Assembly (NCBI GenBank): GCA_011109175.1
Contig: RDEW01000046.1
Coordinates: forward strand, 139,545 to 203,544
Length of the DNA stretch: 64,000 nucleotides
Source: Dicyema japonicum
Taxonomy: Eukaryota; Animalia; Dicyemida
Direction of reading: 5' to 3'
Shown: positions 12,640-27,060 of the stretch, piece after piece
How the letters are laid out: every line of letters starts with the position of its first letter
How positions within the stretch are numbered: the stretch's first letter is position 1
Translations under genes and position numbers: made by a program
The notes under the pieces: generated by a model
The model's input: the letters and a program-made list of their open reading frames with translations, nothing else
The model's database searches: none
Told to the model about the DNA's origin: nothing

Positions 12640-12990
12640 CAGGATTTTGCATTATATCTTCATTAGCACATTAATCAAGACATTTAATTGCCTCAGTCTT
12701 TTTAAAACATTTTTATGGTTTTCTTTTACTTCGTGTGTGAGATACAATAATGATGGCTTTCTGTACATTCACAAAAAAATCTTTCCAAATCAAGAGTATA
12801 TAAGCCTTTTTATATAATAATGCTTAAAGTTCTTGATTATGGCTGCATCCATGGTTGAAGATGTGCGGTTGTGTTTCTGGAAAAAAATAAAATTTCAATT
12901 TTCAAAAAATTTCGTTAAAACGTAGAGCATTAGTAAAAAGAACTTTTTTTCAATCAGTAAAAATAACTTTTTTCTGTAACATTTTAATTC
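12640..12990 (-). pseudogene. pogo/Tigger DDE transposase fragment
   Basis: Minus-strand NTTAHLQP-(frameshift)-MDAAIIKNFKHYY at ~12810-12880 matches the NTTxxLQPMDxGIIxxFK motif. Confidence 0.65.
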
Positions 12991-13015
12991 ATCACTATGA
13001 TGACTGATGAAAACA

Positions 13016-15260
13016 TTAAAAAATTCTCCCTGACAAAACCCTCTGATGAAGATGAAGTTCCAGATCATTTTCTGACACAAAATCTATGTCTTCTGCATGT
13101 ATAATCTCCATCGGCATGCATCCTTCACATTTTGTTCTAAGAGCTCTCAATGCCGCTTCCAGGTATACGACGAATAGAACCAGAGATAGAGAATCTCCCT
13201 GAGGTATTCCAACTGTTGTCCCGAAAGGCTTCGATGTTGTGTTCCCAACTCGTACAGTTAATTCAGTGTTCGATAGTATGAAACGGACAAGTCTTGTGTT
13301 ATCCGTATCAAGAAAACTCTCAATAACATCCAGCAATGTTTTCCTGTTAACAGTGTCAAAAGCACTGGACATGTCCACCCCCAGTATTTTGAAATCACTC
13401 TTGTATCGTTGGCACGTGGCACATATCCATCTGTGGAACCAGACGGCATCCGCGGTCGAGCGACCCCTTCTGAATCCACTCTGTCCCGGTGACAAGAAAT
13501 CATGAACACCAGAAGATATCCGGCTGATGGTTATCAGGGATAGTATCTTTCTCAATGTTCGTAGTAATATTACTGGTCTTAGATTTTTTATCGGTCCCTT
13601 GCTCTTTTCTGGTTTATGCAAAGGGATTAAAATTCCATCACCAAGTTTCAAAGGGAGTGTGTCTCAAATACCATATTGAAGATCTTTGTAATCAGGGTTG
13701 TCAATTCGCATGATGCATACTTGATCATTTCTCCATGTATGTTGTCTGGTCCCTCTGCCCTGTTGTTGTTTAATTTATTGATTGCCAGGTTAGTTTCCTC
13801 TGTAGATATCGGTAGATTCAGGCTTCTTGGTGATTTCTCAAATGGCTCCACATATGAGGTTTCATTTTCATTCAAAAGTCCTGAAAAATGTTCGGCAATA
13901 ATCTCAGTTTTTTCTTTATTATCCAATACATTTCTTCCTTGACTGTCGTGAATACAAATATTCGTAGGTTGAACTCCCCTCTTCAAAAGGCGAACTGCTC
14001 GAAACATTTGTGCTCCTTATCCCAACTTCTCAATTTCACTGACACGTTCGTCAATTTTCTTGACATAAATTTCCTTCTTCCTTCTTCTAATCTTCTTGAC
14101 AATACGATTTCTTTCTTTTCTTAACTTGTTGTAAGTATCATTATTTGTACACGATTCTATTCTCAGCCGCAATTTTTTTTGTTTAATTGATAATAATCCA
14201 ATTTCGTGATCGAAGACCCCTTTAAATCCTGCCGGCCTTTTTTCCCCAAGCACGTCGAAACTTGCCTTCTTTATTCCATCAACAGTAGCATTCCAAATCA
14301 TCTCTGGGGAATTTTCCATATTTATGTTCACAATCTCCTTCTTAATTGCCATAAAATAGCCAATAATCTTCACAATTTTTCCACAATAAAACGATCCTCT
14401 ATTCTTTCTAGCTCCATCTATTCCGAAATATCTTTTCATTCTGAAACGTGCAACCAGCAGTTTATGATAACTATAAGTGATGGTGCCTCCATAGCTGCGG
14501 GAGTCTGTTAGTAAAGCACGAAGAGATCTTTTACACATAATACAATCAATCTGGTTTATATCCGGACATAGTCACCATTTCTATCCTTTCTGAGTCCAGT
14601 CCACGTAGTCTTATGCCTCGCATTGTGGTCGAATGCAGAATTACAAATGAAGTAGTCAAACATGTTGCAAAATTGCACGAGCGATTCTCCTGACATATTC
14701 CTCCTCCCCCTGGCATGTCTACTCATACAGGGTTCTCTCCACGGACAGTGTCCCACTTTAGCATTCCAATCACCACAAAGAAAGGTCATAAACGAGCCTT
14801 TGAGATCAGAGACGGTATCCGTTAGTGACATATAAAACAGATCAAGTCCATCGGGATTTGTAAAAAACCTCGTTATTGTGGGCGCGTAGACATTAATTAT
14901 GAACATAAAGGAATTGTCAGTCCTCCCACTCTTAATCTGGAGTACTGCTATTCTGTCATTCACCCTCCACACTCTGTGGATTCTCCCATCAAGACATTTA
15001 TGTATAGCAAAGCCAAGTCCGTAGTGGTTGCATTCAGAGTATAGTAATATAAATCTAAACTCTCCGTAATTCTCCTCAACTGCATCCTTCACTTTAGTCT
15101 CCTGATTTTGTATGATGTTAAGTCACTTATTAAATCCTTCCTTTTATGTTTTTCTTTCAATCCACAGACGTTGAATGACGCCAGTGTGAAGAGATCATTA
15201 GTCAGTGTGAAATAGACATAATTAATCAGAACCACGTCACCAGTTCAACCAGAAAATTCT
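13016..15260 (-). mobile_element. RTE-clade retrotransposon (APE + RT), 3'-truncated, nested in the Buster element
   Basis: ASFNVCGL, QETK, INVYAP, GDWNAKVG, HKTTW. RT LRPVILL, QSGFRRGRST, DMSSAFDTV, GIPQGDSLS, HAEDIDF (degenerate YADD). Confidence 0.9.
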
Positions 15261-16323
15261 CACATTAATTTCAGTTAATAATGTTTAATTTTCTTTAAAA
15301 AAATTTTTTGCGGCCCGCGAACTAATTGTTAATTATTGATTTGGCCCGCTGGTCAAAAAAGTTGAGAACCACTGGTCTTGAGTATCTGAATAACGAGAGG
15401 TGGTGAGTGTTTGTAGAAGGATAAACCCTGTCAGACATGAATTTAGGAAGTAGTTTGAGAGTTAGTCAAGAAGAGAGGAGTATTAGTTCAACGCGTATTG
15501 TGTTTCTAAAAAGTTTGATCTTTCAGAAATTACGAAAATTTTTGCAGCAATAATGCAATATTTATAGATCGTCCTGCGTCTCCGCTATGTTATCTCGTGG
15601 ATAGAAGCGAAATGGCTAATTTTAGGGTGGGTTTGAGAACTGATTAAAAGGTTATAGTCAAAAAATGTCCTTAAGGCAACTAAAAGATCGAAAAACAATG
15701 CGACTGGATCTGACAGGATACCAATGTCCCTTTTAAAGAAGGCACTTAAAGTCTGCTGGATGTCTTGGTGAGGTTATATAGCGGCCTCATGTTTGGTTAT
15801 GTTCCCAGGCGTTTAAAGGTGGCCAAACAGGTTAAAGCAAGAAAATTAGGAAAAAGCCCGGAAAAACTAAAAACCACAATAAAACCAAACTAGCTAATCA
15901 CGTGATCCAGAAATGCTGCAGCATTGACCTCATCGTGGCTTGACGTTCCTCGAGCTCACAAAAGAACGTATATGACGTAGAATCTAATTTTCATAGTCGC
16001 ATAGACACACTATTCTTTTCTTAAAGATTAAGGGTTCAAGAAAAGTTAATGAGGAGTTTTCGATATCTGTCCATCGCACCTTTAAATTTTCCTCTCTGGA
16101 TATGGTAGAAAAAATGAACAGGTATTTCCCCAAAAAACTAAATGACCACAGAAGTACATAAAGTTAATGAGAGAAGAAATTTCCTCAGATAACTAAACTA
16201 AATGGCTACAAAAGGTATATAAAGTTAAAATGAGAAAAGCAGTTAAATTAAATAATTATAAATTAAAAATATAAATAAATAATATTCTGAAATCATATTT
16301 TGCAATTTTCTCGTGGAGTTATA

Positions 16324-19300
16324 ATGCAGAATATATGTTGTGTGAGTATTCCCTCAGACAATCCTGGATCATTTTTCGAAATGTATGAATTTTAGCAATA
16401 TTACAGCATCGAGGATGATAATAAGGAAAATTTATTTAATCTCTCTAATTTTATCCCAACTGATTTACCCCAACTGCTCGGAGTAAGGGTGGTACAGTGC
16501 TTGGTGGTCTCTGATTTGATTGTCCTTCGATTTCAGGTCATTTTATTTCTACAATATTAGACTGGACATGTTGGCTTCTTTCATTTTACCACATTGGATG
16601 TTGTCACCAGGAAAAAACAAGGAAATAAAACCAGATCAAACTCTCCTAAACGCATGGCTCATCCACGTGTCAACCTTAGTTCTCTTCTACGTTCTCAGTA
16701 ATTTCTATTTTTAATTCTATCAGCAACACAGTGCAAGTTGTCCCAGGGGCAAGTGGTCGCAGAGACATGGAAGTCCCCGAGGACTTGGTCTCATTAGTTT
16801 GCTCTTACTCTAATTTTAGGCACAAAATATCCTTCAAAGGCCACGGAATGAGATTATCCGTGAACTAAGGATGACTGTTTGATCGATTATCTATAATTAA
16901 GAACCTCGATGTGAATATGGCTATTAATAATATACTCAGCAGAGAAGGAGACACTGTGGCTCCTCCATTTTTGATGAGGTCCAGCAGATTGTCAGATGAT
17001 GATGGATATTTGGATTTTTTCCCTCGAATATCATCTTCACAACTACGAGGATGTTAGAATTATCTGTCTAATATTAGTGGCTGATTTGAATATACTGAGG
17101 AACCCTGAAAGACGACAACGTATTACCAAGCCTGTAAAGACTGAGGACTCTTTGACAACAAAACTCGTCTTTAGTGAAGTAATTGTATTTGTTGAATCTG
17201 AATATGTACTAATTAATGGTTAATTTACAAGGAATCACACTTTATTGATATGGCAGCCATGTATAGTGCTTTATATTTGATTGGGAGTCAATCTAAAAAG
17301 TTATTTATATTACAATGGAATTCTACTACAGTTAATTGCGTTCCTTTTGACAGAACTGTCCCACTAGGGCTGGAAGGTGAGGAAATAACAATGTTAAGTG
17401 CCTCCCACACACGTGCTTCATGTGTTACTGCTAATGGAAAAGTATGTGTTACTTATTACGATTAGATTGCGTCATGGATGGATGACTGTTTTATTGGATG
17501 TGCTGAATATGCAGAACACGTGGCTAGTTCATTCCCTCAATTAGAAGGAGAACATATAGCCAAGATTTGTTGTTCTCCAAGTCAGACATTTGTGCTTACA
17601 GAGAATAGGCATTTGTATTGGTGGTATGTGTTTATGTTTTATATTATAAGGGGAGTTAAACAGCTGGGGAACGCTCACATTGAAAAAATTATAGAGCCTT
17701 CCACTAAGGATGTTGATGCTAAGATTGTTGTTGGGAGTAGGGTTTACTCAAAAAACATGTCATTGTTCCTTGAAGGGGCAGTAGTCTTTTCCCCAAGTCT
17801 TGACTATTCAGCACCACCTAAAGTTGGGTACGTGTTGGATAAATTCTGTCCTACTTCTGGCTCTGTCACTATTCGTTCACTGTTTAATTTTTATGTTACT
17901 TTTAGTAATTATTCTGGTAACAATACCGTCATTGAATCCCCTAAGCACTGTGGAAAAAGTTCTCATATTTTATTATATTTAGAACGTCCATATAGTAATA
18001 ATACCCCCGATAGTGAGATTATGTCTTTGGATTTGTCATCAATGTACGTTCTTAAGAGTTCTCCTATACATTCTTATTTTACTGTTGTTATGGTTTATTT
18101 ATGTTTGGTGATTCTAGATTTACAATGGAATGGCACTCGTTCGTTTAGGAAACGACACATCTACAGAATATGATCAAATACTAAAACTATCTGACTTGGA
18201 GTTAGTCCCCTGCATGAGGTATTATTATCTTTTATTCTAGATCATACAAAAGACTATTAAATCCTATACAAAAGGTTCCCGTTCTCTCAAAATTTGCTTC
18301 TTGTACAGACATATATTCAGTACTGCATATAGAAAACCGTATAATTGATAATTTAATGCTAGAATTGCATATTCTGGCTAATATTGATGGAAAGCCTCAC
18401 TATGCCACATTTAAAGACAATAATATAGTAAAATATTCTTTGGATACATTTATGAGTCCAAATGTCGAATCATTGGAATTGGTTAGTTGTTCAAAGGATA
18501 TGCCTGTTGTGATGAGGGATTGTAGAGATGGTAGTCTCCGTTTTATGCCAACCACTCCTACTACTTCTGCTAATTTTCCAAACTATGTGAGAATGGGGGC
18601 GACCGACTGTGTTGGTGTTGGTAGTAGGAACAATGAAACAATAAACAATACAGTTATTATATTTGTTCAAAAGGTAAAGTATACTGTAATTATTAGGTAT
18701 GTAATATTTTGAGAATTATCAGCGAGTCTGATCATGTTCTATTATCCCAGATTATAAATAATATTGAAAATGACAGTATATTACATATTGTTATTGTAGG
18801 TGATTTAAGAATAAAATTTATTGATGAGATTCTTAATGAGAGGCATGATGGTAATAGAAATATTATGCATGTTGCTGTACTTTTGTGTAAGACAAGATCT
18901 AAGAGTTAGTTTTTCCGTTTTATTTATTAGATGATAGCGAAAATAATGATGAAACTGATAAGATTACTCAAAGGTTTGGACTTTTTGTTATTATAGGAAA
19001 TCACCAATACAAGAAGTTAGAAATACAATTAAAATTGGTCTTATTGTAAAGTTATTTAAAGATGAAATCAATTCTTCAAACATGAATGACTCTCTGTTAG
19101 TATTACAGATTCTGTGTTCGTGTTCATTCATTAGGGAGACAGTGGTCACTTTACTTTGTCAATGGTTGATTGATTAATTGATGTTTTAGTGACTACAAAG
19201 GATTTACTCCCCTTTTTTCTGCTTTAATTGAGTTCTGTTATGAAGCTGCACTCGTCATTATTCACAACTTTAAGAATGATGAATCCTTGCTCAGAGATGT

Positions 19301-22300
19301 TTTCCTTTTCTGTACATCTGCTTCCCCTCTCCACGTAATATGTCAAAATGACCTCTGTACATATCACTGGACTTCGTCATTTTCTGCTGATCAAGTTTAC
19401 TAATTATCCTCATATTAGATTATATATGAATGTCGTACTTGTGGTATTCTAAAGAAATACTGTTTATGTGCCAATTGTGCTGTCATTTGTCACAGAGGAC
19501 ATGATTACAGGTGGTTGTATGCTATTATTTGTTAGTATTAGTAAAGATTATGTGGCAGGGTTTTGTGATTGTCAATTCAATTGCAAATGTAGGGCACTCG
19601 ATGTCGGATCACCAAAATACAGAATGGAGGTATTCAAGCAGTTAATGAGTATTGACGGAGTCGTTGATATTTTGGATGCCAAGTCCTACATTTATTAATT
19701 GCAGGGGGCAACATATTCTACTTTATGCTATTACAGCTTTGGGTAAAAATGGACAAAAAGATACTCGTCCTGATGATGAGTCTAGTCGTCGTAAGAATGT
19801 ACGAAGGGGTAGTCAATAATATTTATTTTAGCTGGGTTTGTCGAAAAGGCTTTGAATTTGTTAATATTTGACAAAAAGGTACTACAGTCATTTGTGACGA
19901 GTCATGAAAGAATTCCACAAAGGTAATATTATACTGTAATGATTAGTAATTTAACTCATCAAAAGGAATGTGCGAGTATTGATAAATTTTGTTTCAATTT
20001 TATATTTAAGACAATCAAAATATCTGTAATTGTTAGGTTCTATTAAAGGTGGACGAATTTGCAGAAATATTGAAGGATATTCCAGAATATTGCCAAAGTC
20101 GTTATATACGTTCCTTTGTCAGAATGTACACACTTATATGTCCACACACAATATTCAAGGCATCATACAAAATGTACGTCATATGTTCTTATTTCAGGGA
20201 TATTTGTCAGGCAGCATTTTCCAGAATACAGACAATGTTCGGAAACATTCCAGTCGTTTCCTCTAAAGAACTCATCTCTGCTGGAAATTCTTTAATCACT
20301 CCTGTTTTAGCGGGAATATCAGTTTCTGATACACTTTCGATTGCTGAATTTAAGGACGAGAAGACATTATTGAATGTAATTTACGTTTTTATATTATAGC
20401 GACTTGAGAATATATTTAATGATAACTCTCGGACAATTCTAACAGAAGCTCAACCAGGATCACACGATGATGGGGATAATCCTGATGCCCCATCTAACAT
20501 CAACATATGTCGAACTAATGATGTTGAACAAATGTTCGTGCTTTGTATTATTATAGAATTTCTCAAGGAGAATCCGATGAAATGGTTTGTGAAAGTGGGG
20601 ATGAAGTAAACTCAGAGTTACGATTAGATGATATGATATGTAAATTCATAAATAACTTGTAGCTCATTTGGACCCCTATGATGAAGAGAATGATTCTGGA
20701 GATTTTGATGATGAACCAACTAATTTAGTAGACGTATCGCAAACGTCAGTTGGGTCTCATTTGGATGGAGATGATATTGAAATTGTGGAGATAAATAGCG
20801 ATGATGAGGGTCACTTACATGATTCTGATGAAGCAATGAGTGATTGGTCCTCATCAACGTCAGTGGATATGGGTATCAATTTATTTATATGAAGACATGG
20901 GAGTACATAACGTGGATGGACTTGTACCTGAAAATCTTGCATGGGCTGTTGAACCAGACTTGTCTGCTTCTACTAGAGAGAACTCTGCGGACTCGTATGT
21001 AAAACGTAATATTTCTTATAAGTTTAGATAATACAGCTGTTTATTATTCTTATATTTACGGTATGATATTAGTAGATGTAGTACAATTAATGTGTATTAC
21101 CAATATTAATACTCCAAATGAATCTTCTCAATTGGAGGTTAATTTGTTTATATATGATAGGAGTTTTTATGTAATAATATTGAAGTTATATGGTCAAGAG
21201 TTATTAATGTGTTTGAGTCATTGGAAGCAAGGATACGCTTTGGTATTGAAATGTGGGAGAATAATCACACTACAACTGAAACACCTAAAGAAAATACTTC
21301 TGATTCATTAAAGGGTTTATTTTTCTTTAATGACAGACACTTTTGTTCGAATGTTACAGTTACTGAGATCCCAATCTAATGAGCACTATGGACTGATTCC
21401 AAAACCTCTTAATTTGTGGGCATATCTCCACTATGCTTACTTTTTCGACTCTATTTCTTATTTTTATCAGGTTATGCAAGGAACACTGAAATGTTATAAA
21501 CAGACTCCCTATTTAAAGGTTTAAAACTATTTTGTTACATCTAGTTCTTTGAAGGACATAATTCTCAAACTAATGGAAACATTCAATGCTATTTTCGTCG
21601 TTCGAATTCTGTGTCTTCTTTTACTAATGATTATGTATTATTTTTATAAACTCGTTAGAATGATATTTTGGAGACTGATGTGAGTAGAGCCCTCCCTCTA
21701 GCTGTTTATCCCCAACTTCTTACTCCTTCTGCTACAAAGGATGTTCTTTTTGGAGAACCTAGTAGCCACAATTCAACTATTCATGACGACTGTCCAACGA
21801 ATTTTGCAATTTCTTTTGTTCACACATCCACGTTGTTTTTGTGTGTAATTTTGTAGAGGACAAAAGAGTAGATTAGCTGCTGTTAATATATCAGTCCCTT
21901 CATTGTTGAAAAGATATCATAATACTGTGGATTTGTTTGCACAACTCCATTTGGATGACTTGGATAAGTTGCCTCATTCAAATATATGTCAGTTCTCAAG
22001 ATTCAAAGCCAAAGATCAACGATTTCGTAATATGGTGGCTGCAATGCCTTATAAAAATAGTCGGTTTTTGTCATTTGAGGTATGTCTATGTTGTATTATT
22101 TAGGTTGAGAGAGACACTAAGAAACTTATGATTGAGGTATTTCAAAGACTCAACCAGCTGTCTTCTAGAGAGGGATATAGCAATCGTGTACAACCAATGG
22201 CTCTTTCCAAAATAGATGTTACCTTTAAGGGTGAGCCTGGAAGAGGTGAAGGGGTCGTTCGTTCATTCTTTACTCTTCTAGCAGAGGCTTTTAAATCTCG

Positions 22301-23712
22301 TGATAAACTATCTCATCTTGGTCTTTCTTCACTCTGTTTTTTATATATTTATATTAGTCCTGTTACCTACAAGTAGAGATGGTAGAATCAATATTACTAC
22401 TGAGGAGATTAGATCGACGTTATTGTTTCTTTTATTAATAGATTGTCACTGGATGCTGACCCATACGTTCCCATTTCTCCAGGAATCCCTAAAGTTGACA
22501 ATCTGTTTCATCAAAACATATATAAATTTATAAGAAAAAAATATCCAGTATAATAATTAACTTTACTCATAGACTTTTGCTCCACAAATAACTGGTATGC
22601 TCATTCAGTTCCCAGACTCACAATTGCGAAAGATTTATTCCCATAAGGATACGTTTAGTGTATTTATTGAAGAGGCTGCTAATATGCTCTCGGGAAATTG
22701 GTTTGCATGTGGTTTTGAGCTTAGTGAGTCTGTTTTGGGATTTGATGATTCTCCTCTGTTTTGGGAACCTGGAAGACCTGGAATATATGCTCCTCTTCTC
22801 GGAAAGGGGGACAAAGTAAGATTGAATGCATTTTTGAATGTGGGACGGTATTTGTGTTAGTTGATATTAGTATTATTGGATTATGTCTCTTTTTTGGTCG
22901 AATACTACCCATTCAGTTCTGTCGTCATGTCCTCAAATATATAACAAACAGAGAGATTTTATGGCATGACTTTGCTTTCTATAATTTGTGTTTGTATGAG
23001 TCACTGAGAAACCTAGCACATTTAAATGAAGATGAAATGAATGATCTATGTTTGTCATTCAAAACAAGTGTTGATATTAATAAGGTTGTGTGATTATTTA
23101 CGTAGAATATGGTGTTGGTTGATTTGAAAGATTCTGATGAGAGTGTTACTGTTGATAATGTCAAAGAATATATTCGTTTATATTCTTACTATTGTATGGT
23201 TAAATCTTCTGAAGAAGCTCTTAAGGTAATCTAATCTTCATATTTTCAGAAAATCAGACAGGGGGTGTTGGAAGTAATTCCTGCTGACGTTTTCGATCAC
23301 ATGTCTGCTGAGGATTTAAGTTTGATTCTCTCCGGAGTTCGTTCCATCGATCTTTCATATTTAATGTCTATCACTACCATAGTTAATGAAACTGGGGGTC
23401 AGAACATAGACACTTATGTTGGATGGTTTTGGAGTATATTTGAGAAAATGGATGCCTCTGATAAGCATGATCTTGTAATGAATTTATATATGCTTTTAGC
23501 TCTTCTTTTGGACGTCGAGTCCCTTCATGCCATCCTCAAATGAAGGATTTCCCTCTGTTCCGTCGTTAAGCATAAGACCTAGTGAGGATAATAGATTTCC
23601 TACTGCCAATACTTGTATTTGTAGACTCTATATTCCTCTCTACTCCACAAAGTCTATTCTAAAATCGAAACTATTGTATTCTATTGCTGTTAAGACATTT
23701 GGATTTATTTGA
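16324..23712 (+). CDS. UBR5: E3 ubiquitin ligase UBR5/EDD/hyd with dozens of micro-introns
   Basis: UBA (VPEDLV..RNEIIRELR..NLDVNMAINNILSR), beta-propeller region (EGEHI..LYWWGV), UBR-box (CRTCG..CANCAVICHRGH..CDC..CKC, ~19430-19600), MLLE-like QITGMLIQ, HECT C-terminus FPTANTCICRLYIPLYSTKSILKSKLL..TFGFI-stop. Introns verified e.g. 22701-22724, 22848-22870, 23085-23105, 23226-23249, 23475-23499. Confidence 0.95.
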
Positions 23713-24028
23713 TTGATAATTTTGTTTCTTGTTATTTACATTTTGCATTATTTACTTTTATAGATAATTGCATGTAATTTTTTACTAGTTAATTATCATT
23801 TATTTGTCTAAAATATTGAATTGAGAAACTTCGAGAGATTGTATGCCTGCCCTGCTCTCTGTTATGTGTCTTGAACCGTTAAGTAGATTACTTTACCAAG
23901 GGGTGTATGGGTCAAACCACTAATATTCCTAAAAATATTGGTTTACGTGTTACTCTAAAAAACAAAAGGTGATAGATGTCCTCTGTTCTTGTGGATATGT
24001 TGCAGTCAATTTGTGTAATCATTAGGGC

Positions 24029-26367
24029 TGTGCTGTGATTATCTAAAGGATGTGATTATCTGTGGTGACTTCAATGCGAAGCACCCACTGTGGTTGACAA
24101 AACAAACCTACGACAAAAGAGGGAAGATGATAATTGAGGACCTCCACAGCCTATGTATACTCAACGATCCTGCATCTCATACAAGAACACCTACTCGACG
24201 TAATGATAAACCTTCTTCTATCGACATCTCATTGTCATCACCGTCCTTGGCCCCACTTATTGACTGGTCAGTGAAGTATGACACCAGGAGTACCACAACC
24301 CAATATTTTTGGAGGTTAAAACAAGGTCACGGATAAAAGGACAATGCCCAACAATAACTAACTACAGCCTTGCGAATTGGAAAGGATTCAAGGAATACGT
24401 CGATAATTGTATTGGACTATTAAATTTCCCCACTTTTCCCTCCGTCGAACAATTAGTGAAATGGTTCAACTCCATTATAAACGATGCGAAAAAGAAGTAC
24501 ATTCCTATGGGGAGACAACCAACGTCATCAAAACGTTTTAACACAACGACGAAACATCTGATCAGAGAACGAAATAATCTAAAGATGGTAAAATCGCCAA
24601 CAGAAGAGAACATCAGGAAAATACGAGAATTGAACAGAGAGATCGACAACAACATAAAGACAGAAAATGCAAATAGATGGACGAGACTATCGAAAGCTCT
24701 CTACAAAAACCCCCCAATGCAAAGAGTGTGGAAGTGGATCAAAAACATCAAAAGACCCTCCCCAGAGAGAAAAGTCGAAGTCTACATAAAACCAGACACT
24801 CTGATAAAATATTACACATCTATATCCTACAGGAAGTTTTCAAAAGAACACCAAGTATTCCTGAAAAAGATTGAACCGAAACGCTCCGATGACTGGATCC
24901 TATTTACTAGTCAGGATGTTCGCAGAGCCATATCTAAGGCCAACAACTCAGAGGCCAAAGGACCAGACAACATAACCACATGTGAACTGAAGCACCTAGG
25001 CCATCGAACCCTGGGACTATTAGCTTATATATTCAACCTATCCATTAACACAAATACAATCCCTGAAATATGGAAGAAGTCTCTAATCAGACCTATCCGA
25101 AAAGCCAACAAATTAATAGATGAACCATCTTCCTATCGCCAATATCTATTCTAAGTCCGGTCTCAAGGATCCTTGAAAGGCTTGTTTTGGAAAAAATACA
25201 AGACTCAATCTCAATACCTCCGACCCAGCACGGATTCCGGGACAACCATTCGACGACAACACACCTTACAACCCTCACACAATTCATTGCGGAAGGATTT
25301 AACTCCCCCAAACCACATCAGAGGACAGTACTTATATCCGTGGACATCACAAAAGCGTTCGACTCAGTCCCCAGGAAACTCCTAACAAAGAAAATATACG
25401 AAACCAACATCCATCCGAACCTGAAACTTTGGCTTGGAAACTTCCTAAATGGAAGACGAGCACAAGTACTCTGCAACAACATCAAATCAAGATCTCGCTA
25501 TTTCTCAAATGGAGTCCCTCAAGGTTCTCCACTATCACCCCAACTCTTCAATCTCTACATAAACGACATGCTACAAACCTGTAATGAAAACTGTCTAATC
25601 CTCTCCTATGCCGACGATATCATTCTTGCTTCCAAGAACAGAAGCATTCAATCAGCGACTCAGTTGGCTCAACAAATGCTTGACAACTTGGAACTATGGC
25701 TCTCGAAGCGGAGACTTGACACATCAGCAGCAAAGTCCTTTGTCACACTGTTTACCACCTACAAGAGACAGCTCTGTATCGAACCAAAAGTCTTTATGAA
25801 GAACGAAGCTATCTCTATTAACAAAACACCGAAGATTCTGGGAGTAACCTTTGATCAGGGACTCACCTTTATCCGGCATGTTGAAAACAGAGTAACTTCT
25901 GCTCTGAAAAAGATGAGAATTTTAAAAGTGCTCTCAAAAACACTTAAAGATCAAACTAGGATCCTTGCCACGATTTACAAACAATTTATCCGACCAACGA
26001 TGACGTATGCAAGTCCTTCATGGGCAATGCAAATGTCACGATCTTCCACATTCAATCGAGGAGACTGCAATAAGGTTAATTGGACCAGATCACAATATCC
26101 AACCTATTGAAAATTTTTTAATTGAACTACAACGGAAATTATTAAAGGAGGCTGTTCTACCAAGCTGCCCTCTATTCCAAATACTATCGAATTATCTACA
26201 ATCATACAAAAATTTTGAGCCGAAGCCAAGTCCAATGAGAAGAGTTGTTCAGGATTCTCGCCCCCGCCGGACTCATCCTCACCTTTGTCGGTCTGGGATC
26301 ACTTAGTTAGATGAGAACTTTTATTTCTTTCTCTTTGACCCAGTGATCCTGGGGGTAATAATAATAA
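24029..26367 (+). mobile_element. Jockey/CR1-like LINE family A, 5'-truncated, with (TAA)n tail and 13-bp TSD
   Basis: APE IICGDFNAKH..SIDI. RT QHGFR, DITKAFD, GVPQGSPLSP, YADD. TSD TAATCATTAGGGC at 24016-24028 and 26368-26380. Confidence 0.92.
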
Positions 26368-26734
26368 TAATCATTAGGGCAAACAGAAAATTGCAAATAT
26401 TAAAACAGAAATTGCAAATAAAATTTTTTAATTCTAAGAAATTGCATTATGGAAAAATAAACGAAATTAAATATTCCTGAACATTTTCAGGTTTAAAGTT
26501 TTGATTTTTAGTAAGAATTTTCGTCAAAAAAATATTGCTCTTTCAACTGAGCTTCTGCAATAATCTCGAAGGTATGAGTAAATTTCTGGCGAAATATTTT
26601 TATTTGGGAAATCAAGAATACTTAGTAATTCAGATTTCTGAAGCTTTTTTTTTATAATTTTTTATATTGCACCGATCTGATGAAAATTCTAGCGTTTTAT
26701 TTAATTATTTTTAAATTATTTTTTACCGATTTAC

Positions 26735-26945
26735 TCCTGTTGCGACCGAATCATGGGAGCCGTTGGTCCAATGACGGCTGAGTTCTTGCGAGAACTCGGA
26801 GGATTGTATGCCAGAAAGAAAAGGGATCAACGAGAAGGGTTATGGCTAAGACAAAAGATTGGAATAGCCATACTCCGAGGGAACTCGTTCGCAATCCACG
26901 CAGCAGGCTTCCTCAACTGACATTTGTTTAATTGTTAAAAAAATT
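26735..26945 (+). mobile_element. 3' fragment of the CRE family represented by copy 3
   Basis: 26860-26935 is nearly identical to the reverse complement of 35580-35650 ([10 protein letters not shown]..; cagcaggcttcctcaactgacatttgtttaatt), followed by an A-run. Confidence 0.8.
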
Positions 26946-27060
26946 TAAAAAAAAATTTATTTGAAAAATAATTGCATAAAGATTCAACCATTGACTAAAA
27001 TTGCGAAATTGCAATTTAAAATAAAAAAATATAACTAAAATGAATTATTATTCACTATTT

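Larger units (their letters stand above)
12323..15374. mobile_element. Non-autonomous hAT (Buster/Charlie-type) element
   Basis: TIRs CAGCGGTTCTTAAC and GTTGAGAACCACTG (rc CAGTGGTTCTCAAC). Perfect 8-bp TSD GTCTTGAG at 12315-12322 and 15375-15382. Confidence 0.9.
10790..15830 (+). mobile_element. Degenerate two-ORF non-LTR element (gag-like ORF1 with zinc knuckle, APE, RT start), interrupted by a short retroposon and a hAT element
   Basis: IQCYMCQGFGH knuckle (11082-11336), APE-like start TVGMW at ~12222, RGG motif ~15395, linker KNNATGSDRIP and GYVP ~15690-15810. Sequence is continuous across the TSD-flanked inserts. Confidence 0.55.

Noticed and set aside
15895-15925. Palindromes TCACGTGA and AATGCTGCAGCATT upstream of UBR5 as promoter elements
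   Set aside because: No transcription start or conservation evidence; short palindromes can occur by chance.
16136-16240. Imperfect ~60-bp tandem duplication upstream of UBR5
   Set aside because: Two degenerate units only, with no sign of function.
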